Shown here: piece by piece, positions 1 through 8,726 of the stretch
Layout of the letters: every line of letters begins with the position of its first letter
Numbering within the stretch: the first letter of the stretch is position 1
Assembly (NCBI GenBank): GCA_963822585.1
Contig: CAWGIE010000033.1
Coordinates: forward strand, 1-64,000
Source: an uncultured bacterium
GTDB taxonomy: Bacteria > Auribacterota > Erginobacteria > Erginobacterales > Erginobacteraceae
Direction of reading: 5' to 3'
DNA length: 64,000 nt
Program-made: the position numbers and the translations under genes
The notes under the pieces: model-generated
Database searches by the model: none
Told to the model about the DNA's origin: nothing
What the model saw: only the letters and a program-made list of their open reading frames with translations

Positions 1-33
1 GTCAGGTTAGCTCATATTTTCAGAATCACGTTT

Positions 34-858
34 TTATTTGAAGCTGCCACGATAGTCATTAACCTGCCGCGAGGTATCGAGGAGGATGACGATCTCCTGG
101 CCGTCGATCTTCTCGGACTGAAACACCCGAAGCTTGTCTCCTCCTACCGGGGCCTGGAAGGAACTGATCTCTCCCGCCGCCAGCTTCTTGAAATCTTCTT
201 CTTCTCTCCGGCTGGGCTGGAATCGATTCAGATCCATATCGGAGAGTTTCTTGGTTTCGGTCTTGTCCTTGTCGAGAAATCTCAGCCAGGGCACAATCTC
301 GTAATACACCTTCACGCCCGCACGATCCCGGGGGATCAGAAAGGAGACTCTTCCTCCGGAGCCGACGTAATTAGCCAGAGCATCTCGAATCTCCAGGATA
401 TCATTGATATCCCCGTCCGTTTTCACTGCTTGGGCTAATTCCGAAAATTGTTTCTTCGCCGCTATAGTCTGAACTTTGGTTATGGCCTCTTCCGAGACCT
501 GCCGATAGACACGCCATTCGGCGAACCATAACCCTCCGATCAGCAGACCTATTAATACAAACGCGCCCAGCAGCATAAAGCCGATCTGTTTTCTGATCCC
601 CCGGGAGACGGCCTCTTCCTTATTCTGGGCCTTGGAGATGATCGTCAGGCTGGAGGTTAGATTCAGGAAAGATAAGGCCAGGATCAGGAGGCCGACGATG
701 AAACCGCCCAGGTAGAAGGCGCCCTGGATCTTGCTGGTCAAAAAGGACCAGTTGAAGGTAGCGCCCACCAGTAAAACGATCGACCACAGGATGATCAGAA
801 TGACCAGAAAGGTTATCGCCCTCAAGGAAAGGTCACGCAGGATTTTCTCTATTTTCAT
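34..858 (-). CDS. Hypothetical membrane protein (about 3 N-terminal TM helices plus soluble domain)
   Basis: 274-aa ORF, hydrophobic N-terminal segments, GGAG upstream of ATG. Confidence 0.75.
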   Translation of the reverse strand: MKIEKILRDLSLRAITFLVILIILWSIVLLVGATFNWSFLTSKIQGAFYLGGFIVGLLILALSFLNLTSSLTIISKAQNKEEAVSRGIRKQIGFMLLGAFVLIGLLIGGLWFAEWRVYRQVSEEAITKVQTIAAKKQFSELAQAVKTDGDINDILEIRDALANYVGSGGRVSFLIPRDRAGVKVYYEIVPWLRFLDKDKTETKKLSDMDLNRFQPSRREEEDFKKLAAGEISSFQAPVGGDKLRVFQSEKIDGQEIVILLDTSRQVNDYRGSFK

Positions 859-1224
859 AAATGAGCTCCCTTTGGCCGCAACTTTTTATTTTGAAGAAGA
901 AGGATCAAGTCTACTTTTTGCTCATATTTATATTAACCGCAAAAAATGCAAAGAATTCCCTCTACCTCACCCCCTTTATTTAGCCACAAAAAAGCGCAAG
1001 AGACGCAAAATTTTCACTCGCCTCGGCCCTTTTTTACCACCCCCATAAAGCTCCACTATGGGCCGGGGCAAAAGGGGTCAAGTCTACTCTTGGCTCATAT
1101 TTTAGGATTCAAGTTAGGGCTTCGAATCAAATTCAGGTGGTGGCTACCGAAATATTGCGCCCCGCATAATACGGGGCGGCTACCAACGGAATTCAGAACA
1201 TAGTTGGCCGGATAGAGGGCAGAT

Positions 1225-1536
1225 TTACTCCTGACTCATATCTTGAAGGTATTTTTCGAATAATTCCTTATTCCAGTTGAGCTGGGTGCCGGCTGACTGC
1301 AGGGAGGCGAGAAGCAGGGCCTCCGCGATCTCTGATTTGGTGGCGCCGGCGGTAAGGGCGTCTTTGATATGGTGCTCCGTGCAATGGCTGCACCTGAATA
1401 CCGAGGCGACACTCAAGCGGATCAATTCTTTCGTTTTCCGGTCTAAAACGGTTTCTCCCTTGGCGGAATTGGAAAAATGCGCGTAGGCGGCGCCCAGGGG
1501 GGACTTTTTCAGATACCAGGGGGATTGATCACTCAT
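1225..1536 (-). CDS. Carboxymuconolactone decarboxylase/AhpD-like protein
   Basis: LDRKTKELI..CSHCTEHH..A..AGAT..EI.EA signature; AGGAGA SD. Confidence 0.85.
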   Translation of the reverse strand: MSDQSPWYLKKSPLGAAYAHFSNSAKGETVLDRKTKELIRLSVASVFRCSHCTEHHIKDALTAGATKSEIAEALLLASLQSAGTQLNWNKELFEKYLQDMSQE

Positions 1537-2269
1537 TTCTTTTCTCCTTAATTTTCAAAAAAATTTAACCACAAAGACACTAAGACACTAAGAAACACCA
1601 AGGACGAATAACAGGGGTTCCCTCTACCTCGGACCCTTTTTTCCCACCAAGACACTAAGAAAAGATTGATTGGTTGTGGGGCTTTGTAAAGTATATTAGC
1701 CAATAGACGGCCGGGATGATCCTTTTCACAACGGATAAATTTTTCTCCGCTTGAAGTGATACAAACAACGAAGCGAAGCGGATGTGAGTATAAATATATT
1801 TTCACGGATGAGCAATAGAAATAATGCGTTCAGTGATAAACGTTGCCGACCCGTTGCTTGCCACCCTCCCCCTGCCCTCTCCCGGGGAGTTCTCTTCACT
1901 CCTTGTTGGGTGGAGAGGCGCTGAAGAGATCATATATGCCTGACAATAGCAATAGTCCTGCCGCAGGACTATTGGTTGACAATATAATGCGCCATTTAAT
2001 GATATTCCTTATGTAACATTCCTCATTTCCAGTTTAAATGTCGGGGAAAAATCGGCGGTTTTTGGGTGTTTATCGGCTATATAAAGGAAGTTTTTGTTTA
2101 TGGATTGCGGACCTTATCCCGGGGTTGCCCACCGGCTTCGCTCAGGACAAGCTACCACGGGCTATGGTGTGGCAGGCCGTTGGCCTGCGGGGGTTTTTCT
2201 GCTCATTCTTGCCTTTGGGGAGGACGAGTGGTAGTATTTCCGGCACTCAATCAATCCGGAGAACTGACC

Positions 2270-3157
2270 ATGCTTACCGATAATATACTGGACCTGATCG
2301 GGAACACGCCGCTGATCCGGCTCAAGGGGGAGAACATCTACGCCAAGGCCGAGTTTCTGAACCCCGGGGGGTCGGTCAAAGACCGGGTCGCTTTGGCGAT
2401 GCTGGAGGGGGCGAAGCGGGACGGGAAACTCAAGCCCGACTCGATCATCGTCGAGCCGAGCAGCGGGAACACCGGGATCGGCCTGGCCCTGGTCGGTCGG
2501 CTGAAAGGCTATACCGTCCGGATCGTAATGCCGGCCGGGATGAGCGATGAACGGAAGAAACTGATCCAGGCCCTGGGCGCGGAGCTGGTCCTGACACCGG
2601 ACAAGGACGGCATCCCGGGCGCGGTGAAGGCGGCGGAGCAGATGGCGAGAGAAGACCCGCGGGTCTTCATGCCCCAGCAGTTCGAGAACCCGGAGAACCC
2701 GCGCTGCCATTATAACGAGACCGCCCACGAACTCTGGCGCCAGATGGAGGGAGATATCGACTGCTTCGTGGCCGGCGTCGGGAGCGGCGGGACTCTCCAG
2801 GGAGTGGGGACGTTCCTCAAGGAGCATAAGCCGGACGTGATTCTGGTCGCGGTGGAGCCCAAGAACGTGGCAGCACTCCTCGGCCACGAGCCGGGGCTGC
2901 ACCAGATCCAGGGGATCGGGGACGGATTCGTCCCCGGCGTCCTCGACCCTTCGATCGTGGACGAGGTGGTCGAGGTCACCGACGAGGACGCGATCGAGAC
3001 CACCCGGCGGTTGGGCCGCAATTTCGGTCTCCTGGTCGGCATCTCCTCGGGGGCCAACGTCTGGGGGGCGCGGCAGATGGCGAAGAAGATTTCCGGGAAT
3101 ATCGCGACTATACTGCCGGATAGAGCGGAGAGATATTTTAGCACCTCACTTTTATGA
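2270..3157 (+). CDS. cysK: Cysteine synthase (O-acetylserine sulfhydrylase)
   Basis: IGNTPL, NPGGSVKDR (PLP lysine), SSGNTG, GVGSGGT, HQIQGIG; start moved to ATG 2270 with GGAG SD. Confidence 0.93.
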   Translation: MLTDNILDLIGNTPLIRLKGENIYAKAEFLNPGGSVKDRVALAMLEGAKRDGKLKPDSIIVEPSSGNTGIGLALVGRLKGYTVRIVMPAGMSDERKKLIQALGAELVLTPDKDGIPGAVKAAEQMAREDPRVFMPQQFENPENPRCHYNETAHELWRQMEGDIDCFVAGVGSGGTLQGVGTFLKEHKPDVILVAVEPKNVAALLGHEPGLHQIQGIGDGFVPGVLDPSIVDEVVEVTDEDAIETTRRLGRNFGLLVGISSGANVWGARQMAKKISGNIATILPDRAERYFSTSLL

Positions 3158-3201
3158 AGGCCTGTATTTCTGCCTCCAGTAAAATATGCTGATAAACAAC
3201 C

Positions 3202-3324
3202 TGGAGTGGTGGAGTGATGGAGTGGTGGAATGATGGAATGTTTGAGTATTGGAGTATTGGATTGCCTAAGTGGCCGGATCGGCCGTTTCCATTACTCCAT
3301 CACTCCAGTACTCCAATACTCCAT
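3202..3324. repeat. Inverted-arm tandem 8-mer element (TGGAGTRN)n ... (NYACTCCA)n
   Basis: Left arm 3202-3261, right arm 3288-3324; same family at 22536, 34535, 35518, 56172. Confidence 0.85.
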
Positions 3325-3416
3325 ACTTTTAATCTTCATGTTCTTCATGTCCTTCATGGTTAAAAATAGTTTTATCCAGGAGGGAAAAGATTAAGAAATT
3401 CTTCCGGACATTTTTT

Positions 3417-4763
3417 TTGGGGGATACGTCCCGGCCGGACCCGGATTATCCGCTCTCCCCGGTTCCGAAGACGGCGCGGCGGGGACTGATCTCGATCTCG
3501 GTGGTCCTGCTCGGCTTCACCTTCTTCTACCCGACCATGTATGCCGGGTCGAAGATCGGCGCGACCTTCAGCTACTGGCCGGGGCTCTTTCTGATCATCG
3601 GCTGCGGGAGCCTGATCCTGGGCTTCTACGTGGCGGGGCTCTCCGCCATCAGCGCGAAGACCGGGCTGACCACGGTGCTCCTCTCCCGCTACACGTTCGG
3701 CAACCGGGGGGCCCGCTGGGCCGACCTGATCCTGGGGGGGACCCAGCTCGGCTGGTTCGGGGTGACGGTGGCGTTCATGGCCAAACCGTTCATCACCTGG
3801 CTCGGATTCGATTGGGCGAACACGGAGACGATGGTCTTCTGGTGCTTCGTCTGGTCGGCGGCCTTCACCAGCACCGCCTATTTCGGATACAAGGGGATGG
3901 AGGCGCTTTCCCTGATCGCGGTCCCCCTGATCCTGCTGCTGGGAGCGATCATGGCGTTCAAGTCCTTCGCCCACGCCCGGGAGACCGCGGGAGGGATTAC
4001 CCATATCCTCCCCACCGGCAAGCTCGGCTTCGCGGCCGCGATGACCCTGATCATGGGGACCTTCGCCAGCGGCGGCACCCAGGCGCCCAACTGGGCCCGC
4101 TTCGCCCGCAGCGGCCGGATCGCCTTCTGGGCGGGGCTGATCGCCTTCCTCTTCGGCAACGGCCTCATGCTCTGGTTCGGGGCGGTGGGGGGGAACGTGT
4201 ACGGCGTTCCCGACTTCGCCGAGGTGCTCAAGATCCAGGGACTGCTCGGGCTCGGGATCGTGCTCATGGTCCTGAACGTCTGGACGACCAACGACAATAC
4301 CGCCTACGCGGTCGGCGTGGCCGGGACCGACTTCTTCCGCTTCAACCGGAAGCGTCCCTTCATTCTCTTCTGCGGTGCGTTCGGTTTCGTGATCGCGATC
4401 AGCGGGGCCTACGATCACGTGATGCAGTGGATGACCTCGCTGGGGATCCTGATCCCGCCCCTGGGCGGCGTGCTTTTGGGCGATTACCACCTGGTCTGGA
4501 AACGGAAGCTGCCTCCCCTCGACAAAACCCGCTTCATTAATTTCCGCTGGCCGGCCCTGCTCGGCTATGTCATCGGGGTGCTGGCGGCCTACCTGAGCGA
4601 ACGCCGGGGCTTCTTTATTCCGCCCCTGAACGGGATACTGGCCGCGGCGGTGGCTCACGCGATTTTGCACCGGGTTTTCCGGGCGCTGGGGGCATCCGAA
4701 CACACACTGATAATTAACCATGAAGTACATGAAGGACATGAAGGAAATAGAAGATCCTTATAA
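3417..4763 (+). CDS. codB: Cytosine/purine permease (NCS1 family)
   Basis: About 12 TM; DPDYPLSPVP start, GTQLGWFGV, NVWTTNDN, IPPLGGVLLGDY motifs; TTG start uncertain. Confidence 0.85.
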   Translation: MGDTSRPDPDYPLSPVPKTARRGLISISVVLLGFTFFYPTMYAGSKIGATFSYWPGLFLIIGCGSLILGFYVAGLSAISAKTGLTTVLLSRYTFGNRGARWADLILGGTQLGWFGVTVAFMAKPFITWLGFDWANTETMVFWCFVWSAAFTSTAYFGYKGMEALSLIAVPLILLLGAIMAFKSFAHARETAGGITHILPTGKLGFAAAMTLIMGTFASGGTQAPNWARFARSGRIAFWAGLIAFLFGNGLMLWFGAVGGNVYGVPDFAEVLKIQGLLGLGIVLMVLNVWTTNDNTAYAVGVAGTDFFRFNRKRPFILFCGAFGFVIAISGAYDHVMQWMTSLGILIPPLGGVLLGDYHLVWKRKLPPLDKTRFINFRWPALLGYVIGVLAAYLSERRGFFIPPLNGILAAAVAHAILHRVFRALGASEHTLIINHEVHEGHEGNRRSL

Positions 4764-4920
4764 TGATGATTCTTTCTCATTTTATAGGGGGAAATATCGT
4801 TAATCCGGAATGGTGCTCAATATTGAAATCCGAATGACCCCGATTGTATCCCGGTTAATGCTTCGGGACGGAGGCGGGGGCGGAGCGAAATCCGAAAGAA
4901 TGACGAAATCAAAATGACGA

Positions 4921-5784
4921 ATGTCAAATGATTCATGCCTGAAAATACAGGAAAAAACAAAAGTGGAATTACATTTTCCAAAAGACCTCGCTGAACAGTT
5001 GAACCAGGTCTCGATAAAAACCGGGGAGAGCGCTGCCGATCTCACGGCACAGGCCTTACGGCAATATCTTGATGCCAAAGAAAGCGGAAACGCGGTGTAC
5101 CTGACGGCGCCGGTCAACGCGCTGGTGCTCGGGTATTACCGGGAGAACACCTCCGTGGGCGAGATCAGGAAACACGGTGATTTCGGACTGGGGACGTTCA
5201 ACAATCTGGACGGGGAGATGGTGGTGCTGGACGGGAACGTTTACCAGGTCAAAGCGGACGGGGTGGCGGCGCCGGTGCCGGACACCGAGGAGACGCCGTT
5301 CGCCTGCGTCACCTTCTTCACCCCGGACATGGTGGAAGAGATCGACGGCCGGCGGCTGGACGAAGACCCGGAGACCCTCCTGGACGGCCTGATCCCCTCC
5401 CCCAACATGCTCTACGCGATCCGGATCGACGGGGAGTTCGAGTACGTGAAGACCCGTTCCGTCCCCCGGCAGGAGAATTACCGTCCCCTGGTCGAGGTGG
5501 CGCGGGAACAGCCCACTTTCGAGTTCCGCCGGACCGCGGGAACGCTCTGCGGATTCTTCACCCCGCAGTTCATGTCGTCATTGAACGTACCCGGATACCA
5601 CCTGCATTTTTTGACGGAGGACCGGAAGCAGGGAGGACACCTGCTGGAGTGCCGCCTGCGGAACGTGACCGTCGGCCTCCAGCACATACCGAAATTGGAA
5701 CTGGGACTCCCCCTTACCCTCGACTACCTGACGGCGGATTTGAGCGGAGAGACAAAAAAGGATCTGGAAGAAGCGGAAAGATAA
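4921..5784 (+). CDS. budA: Alpha-acetolactate decarboxylase with N-terminal ribbon-helix-helix-like extension
   Basis: GDFGLGTFNNLDGEM, TPFACVTFF, RSVP, GYHLHF..GGHLL Zn ligands. Confidence 0.9.
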   Translation: MSNDSCLKIQEKTKVELHFPKDLAEQLNQVSIKTGESAADLTAQALRQYLDAKESGNAVYLTAPVNALVLGYYRENTSVGEIRKHGDFGLGTFNNLDGEMVVLDGNVYQVKADGVAAPVPDTEETPFACVTFFTPDMVEEIDGRRLDEDPETLLDGLIPSPNMLYAIRIDGEFEYVKTRSVPRQENYRPLVEVAREQPTFEFRRTAGTLCGFFTPQFMSSLNVPGYHLHFLTEDRKQGGHLLECRLRNVTVGLQHIPKLELGLPLTLDYLTADLSGETKKDLEEAER

Positions 5785-5790
5785 TACTTC

Positions 5791-6061
5791 AAATCCTAAA
5801 TCCTAATTTCTAAATCCTAAATAAATTCAAAACTCCAATGACCGAAATAACAAACCGCACGCCGACAACCACCGTTAAATATAGATATTTCGCTCTTCCA
5901 AATTAACCGGTATTGCTTTCAGTCTGAAAAAATACGATAATCAGTACATCGGCCTACGTTTGAGCCACCTGTTTTGGTTATTGTTATTTGTGATTTGTGA
6001 TTTATTTGCCGAAGGTCCTGAGCCTGTCGAAGGATCATTTGGTGCTTGTTATTTGGAATTT
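5791..6061. repeat. Inverted-arm 7-mer element (AAATCCT/AAATAAC family) with nested REP-like hairpin
   Basis: aaatcctaaatcctaa... at left, ...ttgttatttgtgatttgtgatttatttg...tggaattt at right; related arm at 38141-38197. Confidence 0.75.
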
Positions 6062-6148
6062 CCTCCGCAAATATGTTGGGTTGCTCTGGGTTTATTAACT
6101 CACAAAATAGTAACGAAAATTTTATAGACTGAGATCACGGAGGTACGA

Positions 6149-6481
6149 ATGATCGATAAGACGGTAAAACAGATCGAGGAAACAGTGGCCCGGGCGACGG
6201 CGATGTCGCCGGAGAAAAAAGACAAGCTGCTGGCGCTGATCGGCGAGTTGAAGCTGGAGGTCAACCGGCTGGCCGAGACGCATCACGAAGCGGCGGTCGA
6301 AATTGCCGACAAATCGCACCTCTCCGCCCGCCACGCGACCGAAGAAGAGAGGGACGACGACGAACTCACCGCCTCCATCGCCGACCTTTCGGTCCTGGTC
6401 GAAAAGTTCGAGGTCTCCCATCCGGGCCTGGTCGCGGTCGTCAATTCCTTCTGCAACGCGCTGGCCGACTTGGGAATTTAA
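6149..6481 (+). CDS. DUF4404-like small helical protein
   Basis: C-terminal FEVSHP.L..VVN.F.N.LADLGI; GGAGG SD. Confidence 0.75.
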   Translation: MIDKTVKQIEETVARATAMSPEKKDKLLALIGELKLEVNRLAETHHEAAVEIADKSHLSARHATEEERDDDELTASIADLSVLVEKFEVSHPGLVAVVNSFCNALADLGI

Positions 6482-6508
6482 CAGACGATTGAATGTGATG
6501 GGAGGAGA

Positions 6509-6720
6509 GTCCCCCCCGCCTCGCCCCCTTTTATTAGCCGCAAAAAGGCGCAAAATACGCAAAAGGTTCCCTCTACCTCGGCCCCTTTTTTAAACCACAG
6601 AGGACACAGAGAACGCTGAGAAAGTTACCTCTGCCCCGGCCCCTTTTCAGTCCACAGATTACACAGATTACTCTGATATTTTGCCTCTACCTCGGCCCCT
6701 TTTGAACCGCAGACGCAAAG
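6509..6720. repeat. Four-unit, ~57 bp-period array: constant ~24 bp motif plus variable triplet-repeat modules
   Basis: Motif copies begin at about 6509, 6566, 6624, 6680. Confidence 0.85.
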
Positions 6721-6744
6721 AAGAAATGGGAAAAGAGAGAGAAA

Positions 6745-6858
6745 CTGCAAGCGAAGCGATATGACAAGCCCCCGATGTATCGGGGGCGATCCTGCAAGCT
6801 CCGGGCGGCAGCCCGGAGCGATACTACACTTCCTACAAGGGCGAAGCCCGATCCTACA
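6745..6858. repeat. Tandem CAA-[hairpin]-GAT units
   Basis: Four hairpins of different stem length, each bracketed by CAA and GAT. Confidence 0.7.
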
Positions 6859-7594
6859 TTCCTCTCTCTTTCTTGATCTTCTCATAGGCTTCCTGGATTT
6901 CCTGGAACTTTGTCTTGGCGAAGGTGATGAACTCCTCCGGCAGTCCTTTGGAAACAATCTTGTCGGGATGGAATTCGGAGGCGAGCTTACGGTATTTCCT
7001 CTTTATCGTCTCGTCGGTATCGGTCCGGGTACAGCCGAGGACGGCGTAATATTTGTCGGCGCCGCCCCGTTCCGCCTGTTTGATATTGGCGTATTGGGAA
7101 GAATGGATGTGGAAGATGCGGGCCGCGTTCCGGAGCATCCCCTCCTCCCCGGGATGAATAACCCCGTCGGCGGAGGCGACGGCGACCAGGAGTTCAAACA
7201 TGCTCAGGATGATCTCCCGGCGGTCGTGAAAAAGGGAATAAAACTGGGCGGCATAATCTTCAAACCGATCGGGTGAAGACTTCGCCCGGTTGAATATTTG
7301 GACGGCATACCTCCTCGCTTCCGCGGAGAGGCCGAGGTTATTCCTCATGAACCGCTCGACGACGGCGATCTCCTCCCGGGAGACTACCCCGTCCGCTTTG
7401 GAGAGCTTTCCCAGCATGGAGAAGGCGGCCACAAAGTAGGCAAGGTGAGCTTCCTCCCCCGGCCCCAGGCGGACCCGGGGGGCGCCGGTGCCCGCGTCGT
7501 AGAGGGCTCCCAGGGCCATGCCGGCAACCGCGCCCAGGGGGCCTCCCAGCATGAACCCGACCGAACCCCCGATAATTTTTCCCATCCAACCCAT
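6854..7594 (-). CDS. djlA: DjlA-like co-chaperone (TerB domain plus C-terminal J domain)
   Basis: GKIIGG..GF..GGP.GA, SKADG.VS..E, YAVLG...YRKLASEFHPDK. Confidence 0.85.
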   Translation of the reverse strand: MGWMGKIIGGSVGFMLGGPLGAVAGMALGALYDAGTGAPRVRLGPGEEAHLAYFVAAFSMLGKLSKADGVVSREEIAVVERFMRNNLGLSAEARRYAVQIFNRAKSSPDRFEDYAAQFYSLFHDRREIILSMFELLVAVASADGVIHPGEEGMLRNAARIFHIHSSQYANIKQAERGGADKYYAVLGCTRTDTDETIKRKYRKLASEFHPDKIVSKGLPEEFITFAKTKFQEIQEAYEKIKKERGM

Positions 7595-7603
7595 AGATTT
7601 AAT

Positions 7604-7891
7604 AACCACCAAGACACGAAGACACTAAGAAAAAGAATATGAAGGAAGAAGAGAAACCGCTGAACTTTGGGCGTTTGATATTAAACGGCCTATGTTTGAT
7701 TTTTATTTCTCCCCTACCACGCCCCCGGCAGGACTGAAGTCCTGCACTACGAACTTCTCTCTCCGTCGCCCCTTTCCTCTGCCCCTTTTTAACCACCAAG
7801 ACACCAAAATACCAAGAAACATAATATAAATGCTGAATAGATTGAACGGATTACTATTATGAATTCTTCGTGTCTTAGTGTCTTTGTGGTT
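7604..7891. repeat. Composite element with inverted AACCACMAAGACAC arms, 24-bp motif copies and REP-like hairpin
   Basis: aaccaccaagacacgaagacactaag at 7604 versus cttcgtgtcttagtgtctttgtggtt at ~7866-7891. Confidence 0.75.
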
Positions 7892-7918
7892 ATTATCTTA
7901 TTGCTATTAAACGGATAC

Positions 7919-8467
7919 TCACTGAAGAATTCGGAAGCTGCTCACTATTTTCTGGAAGATGGGCTCGTATTTTGGGAACGTATCAATCTTCGCGGTTCCC
8001 GTTATCAGGTAAACCCGGTCGTCCCCCCTGATTATCCACTGTTTCGCTTTCGCCTGAACCTGCAGGGTGATGAACTTGTCTGTGAACGTGTAGATCAGGA
8101 AACTCGAGGGAAAGGCGGAAAAGTCTTCATTCCCCTTCGCGACAAGGGTAAAATCAGGCAGCATGGTCTTCAAGTTCTCGATCTGTTTCTGATAGAAGAC
8201 ATCCTGATCTTCTCCGGCATCCTTCAGAACGATAATATCGATTCGTTCGAAGACGACTTCGTCCGGTTTCTCTTTCGGTCGGAAGGCGAAGAGGGGGGTC
8301 TCACCCTCCGGGTTTTCCCGGATCAGCCAGCCCGGGGGAAACTCGATGGAGAATCCGTCGGCAGTGTTAATACACTTCTGCACAATCTCCGCCTTCAGGG
8401 AAGAAACCGTTAAGAACAGCGCCGCAACTGCGACAGAAAAAAACAACAGTTTTCCAACTACTTTCAT
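7919..8467 (-). CDS. Secreted PsbP/DcrB-like protein
   Basis: Signal peptide; GFSIEFPPGW; C-terminal YLITGTA...F..IVSSFRI; GGAGG SD. Confidence 0.7.
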   Translation of the reverse strand: MKVVGKLLFFSVAVAALFLTVSSLKAEIVQKCINTADGFSIEFPPGWLIRENPEGETPLFAFRPKEKPDEVVFERIDIIVLKDAGEDQDVFYQKQIENLKTMLPDFTLVAKGNEDFSAFPSSFLIYTFTDKFITLQVQAKAKQWIIRGDDRVYLITGTAKIDTFPKYEPIFQKIVSSFRILQ

Positions 8468-8726
8468 GGTTGTTTACCTCCATAGCCAATTAGCGGTTTC
8501 ACCGCTCATTTAGTAAGTTTTCTCTTTCTGCATGTAAACAGATTGATAACGAACCGAAAAATTAGTTCGAGTCCAACTGCTCAAGCCAAAACGGTAAGCC
8601 CTTGGTATCATAAAGCAAAAACTGATTATTTTATTCCCGTTGCTTTTTCGCCTGTTTCGAAATTTCACTAAACGGATTTTTCCGTTTAGTGAAATTCCGA
8701 AACAGTATGCTATACTATAGGCAGTC

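Noticed and set aside
1690..1975. Riboswitch or ncRNA upstream of cysK
   Set aside because: Hairpins are present but I recognised no SAM, T-box or other conserved core; they resemble the genome's REP-like repeats
2162..2902. Long antisense ORFs (also 3372-4739, 12448-13851, 26447-27613 and others)
   Set aside because: Shadows of GC-rich genes on the opposite strand with no recognisable motifs
6509..6720. Canonical CRISPR array
   Set aside because: Repeats are degenerate, spacers are internally repetitive and recur at other loci, and there are no cas genes or leader; kept as a non-CRISPR finding
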